Source: an uncultured Actinomycetota bacterium (GTDB taxonomy: Bacteria > Actinomycetota > Actinomycetes > JAHEKZ01). From it: a DNA stretch of 64,000 bases. The notes under the pieces are model-generated. The model did not search any database. It was not told the origin of the DNA and was given only the letters and a program-made list of their open reading frames with translations. Every line of letters begins with the position of its first letter. Position 1 is the stretch's first letter. The translations under genes and the position numbers were made by a program. Location: NCBI GenBank assembly GCA_963743915.1, contig CAVURN010000001.1, positions 256,001 to 320,000 on the forward strand. Reading direction: 5' to 3'. Below, piece by piece: positions 1-8,540 of the stretch.

Positions 1-17
1 CCATCGAGTGGGAGTAG
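1..17 (+). CDS. guaA: 3' end of GMP synthase (partial)
   Basis: cc ATC GAG TGG GAG TAG = (T)IEWE*, the conserved GuaA C-terminus; the downstream core order (pspC-HK-RR-pcrA-sucCD-purNH) is what normally follows guaA in actinomycetes. Only 17 nt visible. Confidence 0.75.
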
Positions 18-18
18 T
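3..18 (+). repeat. attL core
   Basis: ATCGAGTGGGAGTAGT, identical to 9815-9830. Confidence 0.8.
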
Positions 19-135
19 CCACCAAGGCTGACCTGCGGGTTTGCGGCCCCTCATTGAACCTATGAGACCTGGCTTGACCCTACCGATACGCCATGGACGC
101 TGTCCACGGGCACGGTGACGTACCGGAAAGGTGCC

Positions 136-1008
136 CTAGTACTCGCGTCCGAGGGACCCCGAGGAGGGGAGCAGGAACGGGGGATCATTGCCTTCGGCGA
201 CCACGATCACCCGCTGCACCACCCAGTCGCAGAGCACCATGTGCCAGTTCTCCAAGGTGTTGACAAGGTCCCCCTGGAGCGGGAAGTCGGTCAGGCCGAG
301 ATGCACTTCATGCACAGCATCGACGCTCGGTGGAGTGCCATCCGGGTTGACGAGGACCCCTAAGAGGGCTCCATCGGTGTAGGCGACTTGGCGCGACGGT
401 CGCCAACGGTACTTCCCGCCGTCGGTTGGCTGCGCCCAGTAAACGAGGTCGGGCCACCAAGCGGTCACTGGCAGATGCCGGTGCTTGTCAGTGATTGACA
501 GGGAGTGGAGCCGGTACACCGTGTCAAAGTGGGCATCCTGCTCGGAGACCTCGATGCCGAGTTCGGCAGCCTCCTCGCCGAAGGCAAAGGGCTGAACGCA
601 GGCCAAGGCCCGTACGTCCTGAGTTCCAAAGAGCCCGCGCAGCCGCTCGACGATGGTCTTGTCAAAGGCTCTCCGGTCCAAGCACACGGGGAAGAAGACG
701 CGCTTCTCGTCCGTGCTCGATAGTTGACCTCCGTGGTTGCGCTTGGCGAGGACGTAGGCCACGCAGTCCAAGGCCGAGCGCATGTTGTGTACCGCATCGC
801 CGACGGTAGTGAGCAGGTCCACCGGCACCGGATCATGGACCCGAAGTCGGTACTGCACTTCACCAGGCGTCGCTGTGGGTGCGGTCTCCACCGTCCAGGG
901 AGAAGTTGCAGTGAAGTCATCGACCAAGCGTCGGACTGATCGGAGGTGGTGATGCGCTCTGCGCAGTTTGGCCCACCACGGGGAGTCCGGGTCGGCCCAG
1001 TCGATCAT
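136..1008 (-). CDS. Hypothetical helical protein (GDxxHNxRSALD...DKHR motifs)
   Basis: 290-aa ORF with globular composition; motifs GDAVHNMRSALD and ITDKHR. Confidence 0.75.
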   Translation of the reverse strand: MIDWADPDSPWWAKLRRAHHHLRSVRRLVDDFTATSPWTVETAPTATPGEVQYRLRVHDPVPVDLLTTVGDAVHNMRSALDCVAYVLAKRNHGGQLSSTDEKRVFFPVCLDRRAFDKTIVERLRGLFGTQDVRALACVQPFAFGEEAAELGIEVSEQDAHFDTVYRLHSLSITDKHRHLPVTAWWPDLVYWAQPTDGGKYRWRPSRQVAYTDGALLGVLVNPDGTPPSVDAVHEVHLGLTDFPLQGDLVNTLENWHMVLCDWVVQRVIVVAEGNDPPFLLPSSGSLGREY

Positions 1009-1112
1009 CTGGCTACCTTGACAGTCGTCGAGTGTTGAGTCGAGGACACGATCCCATGCTGCGCGCGAGTATTCGAGATGTCGAAGACTGGCGAAGAAAG
1101 GCGTGGGATCTG

Positions 1113-1139
1113 GGAACCGGCTGTGCTGACCGTGCGTGT
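1113..1139 (+). promoter_or_regulatory. ECF-type promoter GGAACC-N16-CGTGT, leaderless
   Basis: 7 nt before ATG 1147; same geometry at four other island genes. Confidence 0.7.
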
Positions 1140-1146
1140 TATAGGT

Positions 1147-1650
1147 ATGCCTGTGGACTCTGAGCGGTTATCGACTTTCTACGAGCGGACATCTCCTCCG
1201 TTGGTGGGACTGCTCACGGCCATGTGCGGTGATCGCGCTGAAGCCGAAGAGGTCGCTCAGGATGCCTACGTCAAACTGGTCCAGAGATGGTCCCAGATAA
1301 GTGGCTACGACTCCCCGGAGTCGTGGCTGCGCATGGTCGCCGTTCGGCTTCTGATCAGCCGGAAGAGGCGCACCCGCACCTGGCTCACGGCCAGCCTTCG
1401 CCTCTCGTCCGATACCCCTGGACATGCACCGGAGCCGAGCGTCAACTCTGTCGCCGTGGCGGACGCTCTAAAGCAGTTGAGCCTGGAGCAGCGTTCGGTT
1501 CTGGTCTTGCACCATGGACTGGACCTTTCCGTAGAGGAAGTGGCCCAGATGCTTGCAATCCCGGTGGGGACGGTCAAGTCGCGTCTGGCTCGGGCCCGGG
1601 CCGCCCTCATGCCACTACTCGCCGATGAAGAGGTGCTGGGCCATGACTGA
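1147..1650 (+). CDS. ECF sigma factor (type A)
   Basis: Region 2 AEEVAQDAYVKL, region 4 LAIPVGTVKSRLARAR; start placed at the ATG after the promoter motif. Confidence 0.9.
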   Translation: MPVDSERLSTFYERTSPPLVGLLTAMCGDRAEAEEVAQDAYVKLVQRWSQISGYDSPESWLRMVAVRLLISRKRRTRTWLTASLRLSSDTPGHAPEPSVNSVAVADALKQLSLEQRSVLVLHHGLDLSVEEVAQMLAIPVGTVKSRLARARAALMPLLADEEVLGHD

Positions 1651-2452
1651 CATTGACCAACTCATCCGCGACCACATCAACGATTGCACTCCCTCTGCCC
1701 CTCCGCAGATGAGCCCGCGACTGACGCGATCCTTGGCGAATGGGGACAAGATCCCACCCAAACGCGCTGCGCTTGCCGTCGGTGCTACCGCCGCAGCGGC
1801 TGCACTTGTCGTGGCCGGGGTCGCCATCGCCCGAGACCAGATCGCCGAGACGACGCCCTCTGGCGCTGTTCCCGCCTCTGGCGATGTTCCGGTCCTGGTG
1901 ACGTTGCCCGACACGGGTCTGCACATGGAAGCCATCGTGAGCGGCACACTCGGGGTTCGTGATGGGTGCTTCACGGTGGATGGTGCAGTTCTGATCGCAC
2001 CCGAGGGCTCAACAGTCTCACCGGACGGTCAATCCATCGTGATGCCCGGTATTGCGACCGTTCAAGTCGGCGACAAGGTTATCGGAGGAGGCGGCTGGGT
2101 GAACGAGGCACCTGATGCGGCACAACCCAGCAATGCGCCCTGCGTCGAACCAGTCAGGGAGGACAACTTCGCCATCCTCTCTGCCCCCCTCGAAAGCCCG
2201 ACCCCAACGCCCACAACCTCAGAAAGCCAGATCAAGAACGTCCAGGTTCCCGACGTTATTGGGGACAAGGAGGCACAGGCTGTGCAACAACTCCAACAGG
2301 TTGGTCTGGAGGTGACGGTCGTTTACGAGGCCGCACCAGCGGGGACCACATTGGACGCCGGTACTGTCCTTTCGGCGTCACCTGCACCAGGAACCAACGT
2401 CAGGGTCGGCACCACCGTTGTTCTCAAGGTTGTCGATCCGGACAAGGGCTAG
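1643..2452 (+). CDS. Putative anti-sigma membrane protein with C-terminal PASTA domain
   Basis: Overlaps the sigma stop codon; one TM helix; PASTA-like VPDVIG...AVQQLQQVGL...SPAPGT. Confidence 0.75.
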   Translation: MTDIDQLIRDHINDCTPSAPPQMSPRLTRSLANGDKIPPKRAALAVGATAAAAALVVAGVAIARDQIAETTPSGAVPASGDVPVLVTLPDTGLHMEAIVSGTLGVRDGCFTVDGAVLIAPEGSTVSPDGQSIVMPGIATVQVGDKVIGGGGWVNEAPDAAQPSNAPCVEPVREDNFAILSAPLESPTPTPTTSESQIKNVQVPDVIGDKEAQAVQQLQQVGLEVTVVYEAAPAGTTLDAGTVLSASPAPGTNVRVGTTVVLKVVDPDKG

Positions 2453-2591
2453 CCCTCGGTCCGGGTTTGCCCGTGCCAGTGGCGGGGTTGCCTTGCATCG
2501 ACACAGTGAGGGGTGGCAAGGGCCGGACGTGATTCGCGGCGGGCCTCGTGTACGACGCCGTTCAGAGGGGCACTTCCACGCCAACGTTCGC

Positions 2592-3197
2592 TCAGGCGTT
2601 GACCCTCTCGTGGCTCTCGCTTGGCGCCGCCAGATGCCGGTACACGGTTGCGCGACTTACCCCCACAACAGCAGCAATGGCCGCAACGGTGTGTTCCCCG
2701 TCGTTGTGCATCTTCCTGACGATGTCGATCTGATCGGCGGAGAGTAGGGGCTTGCGTCCTGGGCGTGAACCGCGTTGCCGGGCAGCAGCGAGACCCGCCT
2801 TTGTTCGGTCAACGATTAGGTCACGCTCGAACTCTGCGAGCGCAGCGAAGATGTGGAACACCAACTTGCCTGTCGAAGTGGTGGTGTCGATGGACTCGGT
2901 GACCGACTTGAAGCCGATCCCTTCCTCGTCCAGCGAAGTCACGGTCCCCACCAGGTGCTTCAGGCTGCGACCGAGGCGGTCGAGTCGCCAGACCAGGAGC
3001 GTGTCCCCCGGACGGACGAAGTCCAGGGCCGCAGCCAACTGGGGACGATCCGTGCGGGTCCCGGAGGCGGTGTCGGTGAAGACGCGGATGCAGCCCGCTT
3101 GGGTGAGGGCATCGACCTGGAGGTCAAGGTTCTGATCCCAAGTGCTGACCCTGGCGTAGCCAACGAGGTCCCCGGAGCGTGTGGTCAGCGTGTTCAT
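2592..3197 (-). CDS. Serine recombinase (resolvase/invertase family)
   Basis: GYARVST catalytic motif, RLDRLGRS, AEFERDLI, C-terminal HTH VSRATVYRHL. Confidence 0.95.
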   Translation of the reverse strand: MNTLTTRSGDLVGYARVSTWDQNLDLQVDALTQAGCIRVFTDTASGTRTDRPQLAAALDFVRPGDTLLVWRLDRLGRSLKHLVGTVTSLDEEGIGFKSVTESIDTTTSTGKLVFHIFAALAEFERDLIVDRTKAGLAAARQRGSRPGRKPLLSADQIDIVRKMHNDGEHTVAAIAAVVGVSRATVYRHLAAPSESHERVNA

Positions 3198-3199
3198 CC

Positions 3200-3340
3200 C
3201 GCCAGTGTCTCATAACCCGTCAGCGAGCACAATAGTGAGACAGGGCTCGTGGACACGGGATGTGGACGCTTTGGACCCCCGGATTCTTGGACATGGGGCG
3301 CCGCGAGCCGCTCTGTCCTAGACGGACCGTTTGTGCGACG
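3200..3340. promoter_or_regulatory. res-like recombination site
   Basis: Inverted TGTCTCA (3206-3212) / TGAGACA (3236-3242) plus GGAC/GTCC half-sites directly upstream of the resolvase. Confidence 0.6.
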
Positions 3341-3446
3341 AGTCGCTTGGCGCAGCACCCCGCGCAGGACTACGAGCGGTGCTTGCGGACGAACTGCGAG
3401 CCAGCATCGGGCCGCTGCCTCCTTCTTCTACGCGCACTGGGCGGCG

Positions 3447-3473
3447 GGAACCTCGACTCCCGTAAGCGCGTCA
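3447..3473 (+). promoter_or_regulatory. ECF-type promoter GGAACC-N16-CGTCA
   Basis: 8 nt before ATG 3482. Confidence 0.65.
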
Positions 3474-3481
3474 TAATGCTT

Positions 3482-4036
3482 ATGAGCCGCTCGCGTCCCA
3501 TACTCCCGCTGGCGGCGGTCGCCATGGCCTTGGCGCTCGTGGCCTGCACCTCGGACACCTCAGACACCTCGCCAAGCGGGGAGAGTCAGGGTGCGACTGG
3601 GGAGCAGTCGGCTGCCACCACCATCGACCTGGTTCGGTCGGGTGCCTGTGGCGATGCCTTCTTCTGGGCGGAGTCCGCCGACGGCGATACCGCCGTGACT
3701 GTTGACGTTGCCTACTCACGGCCCGCTGATCTAGCCGTGACGCTGGCGATCCCATTCACCCTCCCGGATCGCAGCGTCAAGGTCCGCGTCTTGGAGGGTC
3801 AGGATCTCTCCCGCAACTTCTGCACCGACGTCATCGACATGACATCTCAGCCGGAGTCCACGTCACCGGCGCTTGTAGGGCACGGTCGAGTCACCATTGC
3901 CCCACCTCCGGGCAATGGCAACGCCTGTGGTCGCACGTTGGGCACCCTCCGCCTCAATGGGCTCGTCGCGGAGGACGGGGCCGAGTTCTCGCCGATCACC
4001 GTCGAGTCACGCAACATCGGGTGCTACTCCGGGTGA
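3482..4036 (+). CDS. Lipoprotein, Cys-containing, unknown function
   Basis: Lipobox LVAC; paralog of 11531-12079. Confidence 0.8.
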   Translation: MSRSRPILPLAAVAMALALVACTSDTSDTSPSGESQGATGEQSAATTIDLVRSGACGDAFFWAESADGDTAVTVDVAYSRPADLAVTLAIPFTLPDRSVKVRVLEGQDLSRNFCTDVIDMTSQPESTSPALVGHGRVTIAPPPGNGNACGRTLGTLRLNGLVAEDGAEFSPITVESRNIGCYSG

Positions 4037-4083
4037 GGCGTCACGCCCCAGGTCCTCGTACTCGAACTCTTCATGGTGTGGTG

Positions 4084-4115
4084 TAAACCGAATCGGCCTT
4101 GGGCGCCACTAGTGG
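4084..4115 (+). promoter_or_regulatory. Candidate type-B ECF promoter TAAACC-N16-CCACTAGTGG
   Basis: Conserved with identical spacing at 12127-12158 while part of the spacer diverges. Confidence 0.55.
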
Positions 4116-4138
4116 GGTAGTTGAGGGCGGGAGGTCCT

Positions 4139-4675
4139 GTGACCGACGACCTGGACGAGTTCACCTCGTTCGTGGCGTCTTCTTCGGCTGCCCTCTTCCG
4201 GGTAGCCGGGCTACTGACAAGTGGTGACGCTCACGCGGCGCAGGACCTGGTGCAGGAGGCTTACTCCGAGACCTACCGTCGCTGGAGCAGCATCCGCGAT
4301 GCTGATGCCAGGCAGGCCTACGCCCGAAGGATCCTGGTCCGAGCCGCCACCCGGAGATGGCAACGGCTACGGGTGGAGCACCACGAGGCGCAGGTGCACG
4401 GCAGAGATGTCGAGGTGGGACACGCAGACCGTGTCACTGAAGCACGCGACCTGTGGGTGGCTTTGGGGGCCCTGTCACCCAAGCAACGTGCCGTGGTGGT
4501 GCTGCGCTACTACGAGGACATGACCGAGGCGCAGATCGCCGAGGTCCTGAACTGCTCACCGGGGGCGGTGAAGAGTCACGCCTCCCGTGGCCTCCGCACT
4601 CTTCAAGAGCGCCTCGGTGGCCCCGCTTACCTCAAACCAGCGTTGGATGGGAGTCCCGATGACGCCGTCAACTGA
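4139..4675 (+). CDS. SigE-family ECF sigma factor (type B)
   Basis: AQDLVQEA, VVVLRYYEDMTEAQIAEVL, GAVKSHASRG. Confidence 0.9.
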   Translation: MTDDLDEFTSFVASSSAALFRVAGLLTSGDAHAAQDLVQEAYSETYRRWSSIRDADARQAYARRILVRAATRRWQRLRVEHHEAQVHGRDVEVGHADRVTEARDLWVALGALSPKQRAVVVLRYYEDMTEAQIAEVLNCSPGAVKSHASRGLRTLQERLGGPAYLKPALDGSPDDAVN

Positions 4676-5936
4676 TACCTGGCTGAGCCAGAGACTGCAC
4701 GAGGGTGCGAGCACGCTTGCGGTTCCACTGAACCTGACAGATGAGGTCGTCGGTCATGCCATCAGATCGCAGCCCCGAAGCAATCGGATCCACGCCTTGA
4801 TGCAGGTCGCGGCAGCAGTGGTCGTCATGGCGGTAGTTGTGGTCGGTGTCAACGTTCTCCGCAGCGATAGCCCTTCGACCTCGCCACCTGTGGCCACTCC
4901 GACGCCAGTCGGCACTGCTGCACCAGTCTCGGACACCGCACGCGACCTGCTCGGCACCTGGCAGGTGGCTACATGGAATGGCGAACCACTCCCCAGATCC
5001 AAGGAGATGCTCAACGGCCCCCTGGTGACTTTCGAGACCGACGGCACCTGGAACGGGTCCGACGGATGCAACGACCTCGACGGCACATACCGCGTGGGGG
5101 CTGATGGCGCGTTCGAGTCCACCACCAAGGGAACGACTCTGATGCTCTGCGGTGGCGTAGACCCCCTTCCGGTGCCCGCTCGGGGCGCCGTTCGAGTGAC
5201 CGTTGAAGGCGATGTGGCTGTCTTCTTCGACACCGAAGGGCAGCAAGTGGCGAAGTACCACAGACCCGGAGGCTTGCTCGCGTCGGAGGCCCGGCTGGTC
5301 ACCCGGCTGGGAGATCCGGCGCTCGCGCTAAGCACCTACGGCAGCGGGAGTTGCCCAACGCGGATCGGATCAATCTCGTTGGAGGCTGACAACCAACTGG
5401 TGGTCGATCTTGCCGATTCATCCAGTCAGGTTTGTACCGCTGATGTCCAGAGGTCTACGGATGTGATGACCATCCCCGGTGGCCTCGATCTCGGTTCACC
5501 GATCACCGCAAGGCTCATGGGTACCCGCCCACCCTTCATCACTCTGCTCGTAGATACCTCGGCGATAGCCGGAGAGCCGCTGCTGGTCACAGCCAAAGAC
5601 TGGGACGGGTCATCGGTAGAACAGGCACGCCTTGAAGGCACCCTTGGTGTCAACGAGCAAGGCTGCGTCACTGTGGGTGACACGGTCGTGATGTGGCCCA
5701 ACACCTACGAACTCGGCTGGGACCGGGCAAGCACCTGGGTCATCGTCACGTTCGATGAGGACTACGGACCCGGCTACGGGACCGTCCTCGCCACCGAGGG
5801 AGAGCGGGTTGTCCTCGCTGGTGGCATGACACCGTTCGACACGAACCCCGGACCGCTACCCGCTGCGACTCACTCTGAGTGTCTCCTGGACGACGACTAC
5901 TGGACCGGCGTCATCGAAGTACAAGGTAACGACTAG
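4659..5936 (+). CDS. Putative anti-sigma membrane protein with META domain
   Basis: Overlaps the sigma gene; one TM helix; META-like GTW...GSDGCN..GTY...TTLMLC; two further Cys-pair modules. Confidence 0.75.
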   Translation: MTPSTDTWLSQRLHEGASTLAVPLNLTDEVVGHAIRSQPRSNRIHALMQVAAAVVVMAVVVVGVNVLRSDSPSTSPPVATPTPVGTAAPVSDTARDLLGTWQVATWNGEPLPRSKEMLNGPLVTFETDGTWNGSDGCNDLDGTYRVGADGAFESTTKGTTLMLCGGVDPLPVPARGAVRVTVEGDVAVFFDTEGQQVAKYHRPGGLLASEARLVTRLGDPALALSTYGSGSCPTRIGSISLEADNQLVVDLADSSSQVCTADVQRSTDVMTIPGGLDLGSPITARLMGTRPPFITLLVDTSAIAGEPLLVTAKDWDGSSVEQARLEGTLGVNEQGCVTVGDTVVMWPNTYELGWDRASTWVIVTFDEDYGPGYGTVLATEGERVVLAGGMTPFDTNPGPLPAATHSECLLDDDYWTGVIEVQGND

Positions 5937-5955
5937 ACGCTGTCACTGGCTCGAC

Positions 5956-6357
5956 TCAGTACCTGTCGCAGGTTTCGACACCTTGCTGGATCTTGGCTTG
6001 GTCACGTTCGGAGAGTTCTAGGCCACGCCAGATGCTGGCACCGTCGTTGAGTTCGGCTGGCTCGTAGGCAGCGATGTGCAGGAGACGCTGGGCGTTCCAG
6101 AGTCGGTGCACTTCACGCCTCAGAGCCTTATCCCCAGCCGCTTCCTCACCCGCTGGGTCGAGCCCCCACACTTCCTTGTAGCCCTCATCGAACGCTTCGC
6201 GGTCCTTGGTCTCATACGCCGTCGCCATCTTCCGCAGCCCGTCGCAGGCGTCGGCCATGTAGGACTCGTAGGCGCTGGAGCACCCGGTCATGGTGAGCAG
6301 AACCATGCCAGCGGTCGTCGCGCCGAAGACCTGGCACCGAGTCCTTGAAGCCCCCAT
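5956..6357 (-). CDS. Lipoprotein, unknown function
   Basis: Lipobox MTGC; paralog of 13996-14397; TAGCCT -10 element just before the ATG. Confidence 0.8.
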   Translation of the reverse strand: MGASRTRCQVFGATTAGMVLLTMTGCSSAYESYMADACDGLRKMATAYETKDREAFDEGYKEVWGLDPAGEEAAGDKALRREVHRLWNAQRLLHIAAYEPAELNDGASIWRGLELSERDQAKIQQGVETCDRY

Positions 6358-6406
6358 GACGTAAGGCTAGGTGATGTGAACCAGGCCTATGAGCGGTTTC
6401 GCTTGT

Positions 6407-6688
6407 CTAGCGCACCACGGTCAGACTGGTGCGCTGCACCTGGGCCACGATGTCGACACCACCATCGGTGAGTGCCTTGGCCAGTGAGTGAGCGGAGTCG
6501 TCTACGACGGGTTGCACGCTGTGCGTGATGACCTCCCGGTCCCCGGGGTCGGTGTGCGCTGCCATCCGCACCCAGGACCCGTGAGCGTCTGTGTAGAACC
6601 TCACGGTTGCTCCGACTCGTTGGCACCAGGCCATCGTCTCGGCCAAGTCCAGCAGTGCCATCGCCTCTTCGAGTGTGGTCTCTGCCAT
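6407..6688 (-). CDS. Hypothetical protein
   Basis: 93-aa ORF with GAAGGGGG RBS. Confidence 0.55.
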   Translation of the reverse strand: MAETTLEEAMALLDLAETMAWCQRVGATVRFYTDAHGSWVRMAAHTDPGDREVITHSVQPVVDDSAHSLAKALTDGGVDIVAQVQRTSLTVVR

Positions 6689-6882
6689 GGGTCCCCCTTC
6701 AGCGGTACACCATTGTCCTCGCCCTCAGCGCCAGTCCGCTAACCCTTACGAGTGATTGGTGTCATGGACCACGCTCGCGCAGGCGGTGAAGGTGCTGTCT
6801 GACCGATGAGCGCCACATTGGGCCGCGATGTCTCGAAGGATCATTGCTAGTTGATCGAAGGATTGTTGGTAGTGAGCCCTTC

Positions 6883-7272
6883 TCAGGCCCGTCGACCGTC
6901 CAGATCACCGGGATCGCTCGCTCGAAGTGCACGCCGCAACAGCGACGCCCGTTCCCAGATGTGCCTAAGGAGGAGTTGCAGTGTGTCGTTGGTGGCTCGT
7001 GCACGGTCCGGATTCTGCTCGTGGTCGATGGAGGACCTCGGGGTGAAGGAGGTCGTCCGTGAGAGCCAGAGGTCGTTGATGGAGCCGATCCCGGCGAAGG
7101 CCGAGAGCAAGTGGTCGAGGCCGAAGATGTCCCCGTGGCGAATGAGGTCGCAGTCATCGGCCAGCCATTCTGCCCACCGGCTCTCGCCCTGTCTCCCGAG
7201 CATGTCGACGACCTGATGCAGGTCGCGCACCAACTCACGCTGCAACATGTCGATGTCGGTCAGCGCCACCAT
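6883..7272 (-). CDS. DUF6966-like small helical protein
   Basis: WAEWL...GLDHLLSAFAGIGSINDL motif; start moved to ATG 7272. Confidence 0.6.
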   Translation of the reverse strand: MVALTDIDMLQRELVRDLHQVVDMLGRQGESRWAEWLADDCDLIRHGDIFGLDHLLSAFAGIGSINDLWLSRTTSFTPRSSIDHEQNPDRARATNDTLQLLLRHIWERASLLRRALRASDPGDLDGRRA

Positions 7273-7376
7273 GTCGCGGATGCACTGGCCGGGTCGACCG
7301 TCTACGGATGTGCGCGAGGGGTCAGAGATTCTTTTATCTCCGAATCGTGGTGAGGATGTACGGCATCTGTGCGATG

Positions 7377-8366
7377 TCATGCTGCACTTCGGTACTCGAC
7401 GATGCGCAAGCCGTCTCCGTTGCCGCCTAGAAGCCTCAGGACCCCATCTGAGCCACGGAACGTGATGATGGGCACTCCGATCTCACCTGGCCCGTTCACC
7501 GCCGTTAGATCGGCTCTACGGCCAAGTGTGTGGAGAACCTCACCGGTCTCGACATCGATGAGATGCCTTGGCTGTTCGTCGCGGAGTGCCTGAGCCGAAT
7601 GGGTCGACAGCGCATGGAGGTTCTTGCTCGACCACTGGGCGTTCTTCTGGGCTGGGGTTAGTTGTTGCGTCCCATGCAGGGTGAGTACTCGCGTGCGTGC
7701 CTCCCGTTGGCTCAGCGGTTGCCTCGTCTTGCCGTCACGGAAGAAGCCACGGCCATGGATGAGTTCTCGACCGTTCAGGCGGATGTGCTCGGTCAGGCTC
7801 GCTTGGTTGTGGGTGACGTTCTTGGCGATGTACCCGAAGTCACCGTCGTAGGTGACCGGGACGAGGTCGGTGTGTCCGTAGCCGACCGTGGCTGCTTGTT
7901 CGGCCAGTTGATCCCTGCTGAAGTGGTCTCCCCAGCCCAAGGCGTGGAGGTGGAACCCGGTGGCGTTGGGGTTGGGTTCGATGGTCCATAGCCACTGGAC
8001 TACTCCTACCTGGTTCCGTAGCCCCGTCTGGAGGTCCGCGATGCGGTCCCTGTCTGCTCGGTAGTCTCCGACCAGGTTGGTCAGCAAGACCATGTACTGC
8101 GGCTGGGCCAGTGCAACCATGTCGGGCAGGTACTTGTAGCGGAGTCTGGTGTCCTGGAGGCAGTCAGGTCTCCTGCATCTGTCTGGTTGGGTCCTGTTCT
8201 CCCTGTTCTTCCCCTTGGGGCATGGACCCTCTGGTTCCCTCGGTCCCCACTGCTCCTCCATGCTCCTAGCGACACCTGAGGCTCCAGAAGGAAGTGTGCG
8301 GTAAGGAACAAGAGAGAGTGTCGAGACCGCCGAGGGCGGCTCGGGGGAGATGGGGAAGTCGTTCAT
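7377..8366 (-). CDS. Rolling-circle replication initiator (HUH endonuclease)
   Basis: Ordered motifs I (MVLLT), II (GFHLHAL, preceded by E), III (YIAK); GAAGGAG RBS before ATG 8366. Confidence 0.75.
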   Translation of the reverse strand: MNDFPISPEPPSAVSTLSLVPYRTLPSGASGVARSMEEQWGPREPEGPCPKGKNRENRTQPDRCRRPDCLQDTRLRYKYLPDMVALAQPQYMVLLTNLVGDYRADRDRIADLQTGLRNQVGVVQWLWTIEPNPNATGFHLHALGWGDHFSRDQLAEQAATVGYGHTDLVPVTYDGDFGYIAKNVTHNQASLTEHIRLNGRELIHGRGFFRDGKTRQPLSQREARTRVLTLHGTQQLTPAQKNAQWSSKNLHALSTHSAQALRDEQPRHLIDVETGEVLHTLGRRADLTAVNGPGEIGVPIITFRGSDGVLRLLGGNGDGLRIVEYRSAA

Positions 8367-8390
8367 CAGATCTCCTTCAGATCGATGTCG

Positions 8391-8432
8391 CCGGGACACC
8401 CACCCGGATCTGAAGACGGGTGGGTGTCCCGG
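8391..8432. repeat. Perfect 16-bp inverted repeat (hairpin) upstream of rep
   Basis: CCGGGACACCCACCCG-10 nt-CGGGTGGGTGTCCCGG. Confidence 0.9.
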
Positions 8433-8540
8433 ACGACGCCACAGCGGCAAGGAGGGGGCGACCCTCCTCTACCCCTTCAAGGGGGCTCGGAGTGTCTGCG
8501 ACAGGAAGACCGGACCATCTACCCCGGGACATGCCATCGG

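Larger units (their letters stand above)
3438..6373 (+). repeat. Diverged duplicated four-gene cassette, copy 1
   Basis: Colinear and alignable by eye with 11488-14413, including intergenic DNA. Confidence 0.9.

Noticed and set aside
1015-1025. ACCTTGACAGT repeated at 9766-9776
   Set aside because: Short match containing a generic TTGACA with no convincing -10 element; cannot be distinguished from chance
2592-3340. Tn3-family transposon or invertible shufflon around the resolvase
   Set aside because: No transposase, terminal inverted repeats or paired inversion sites found
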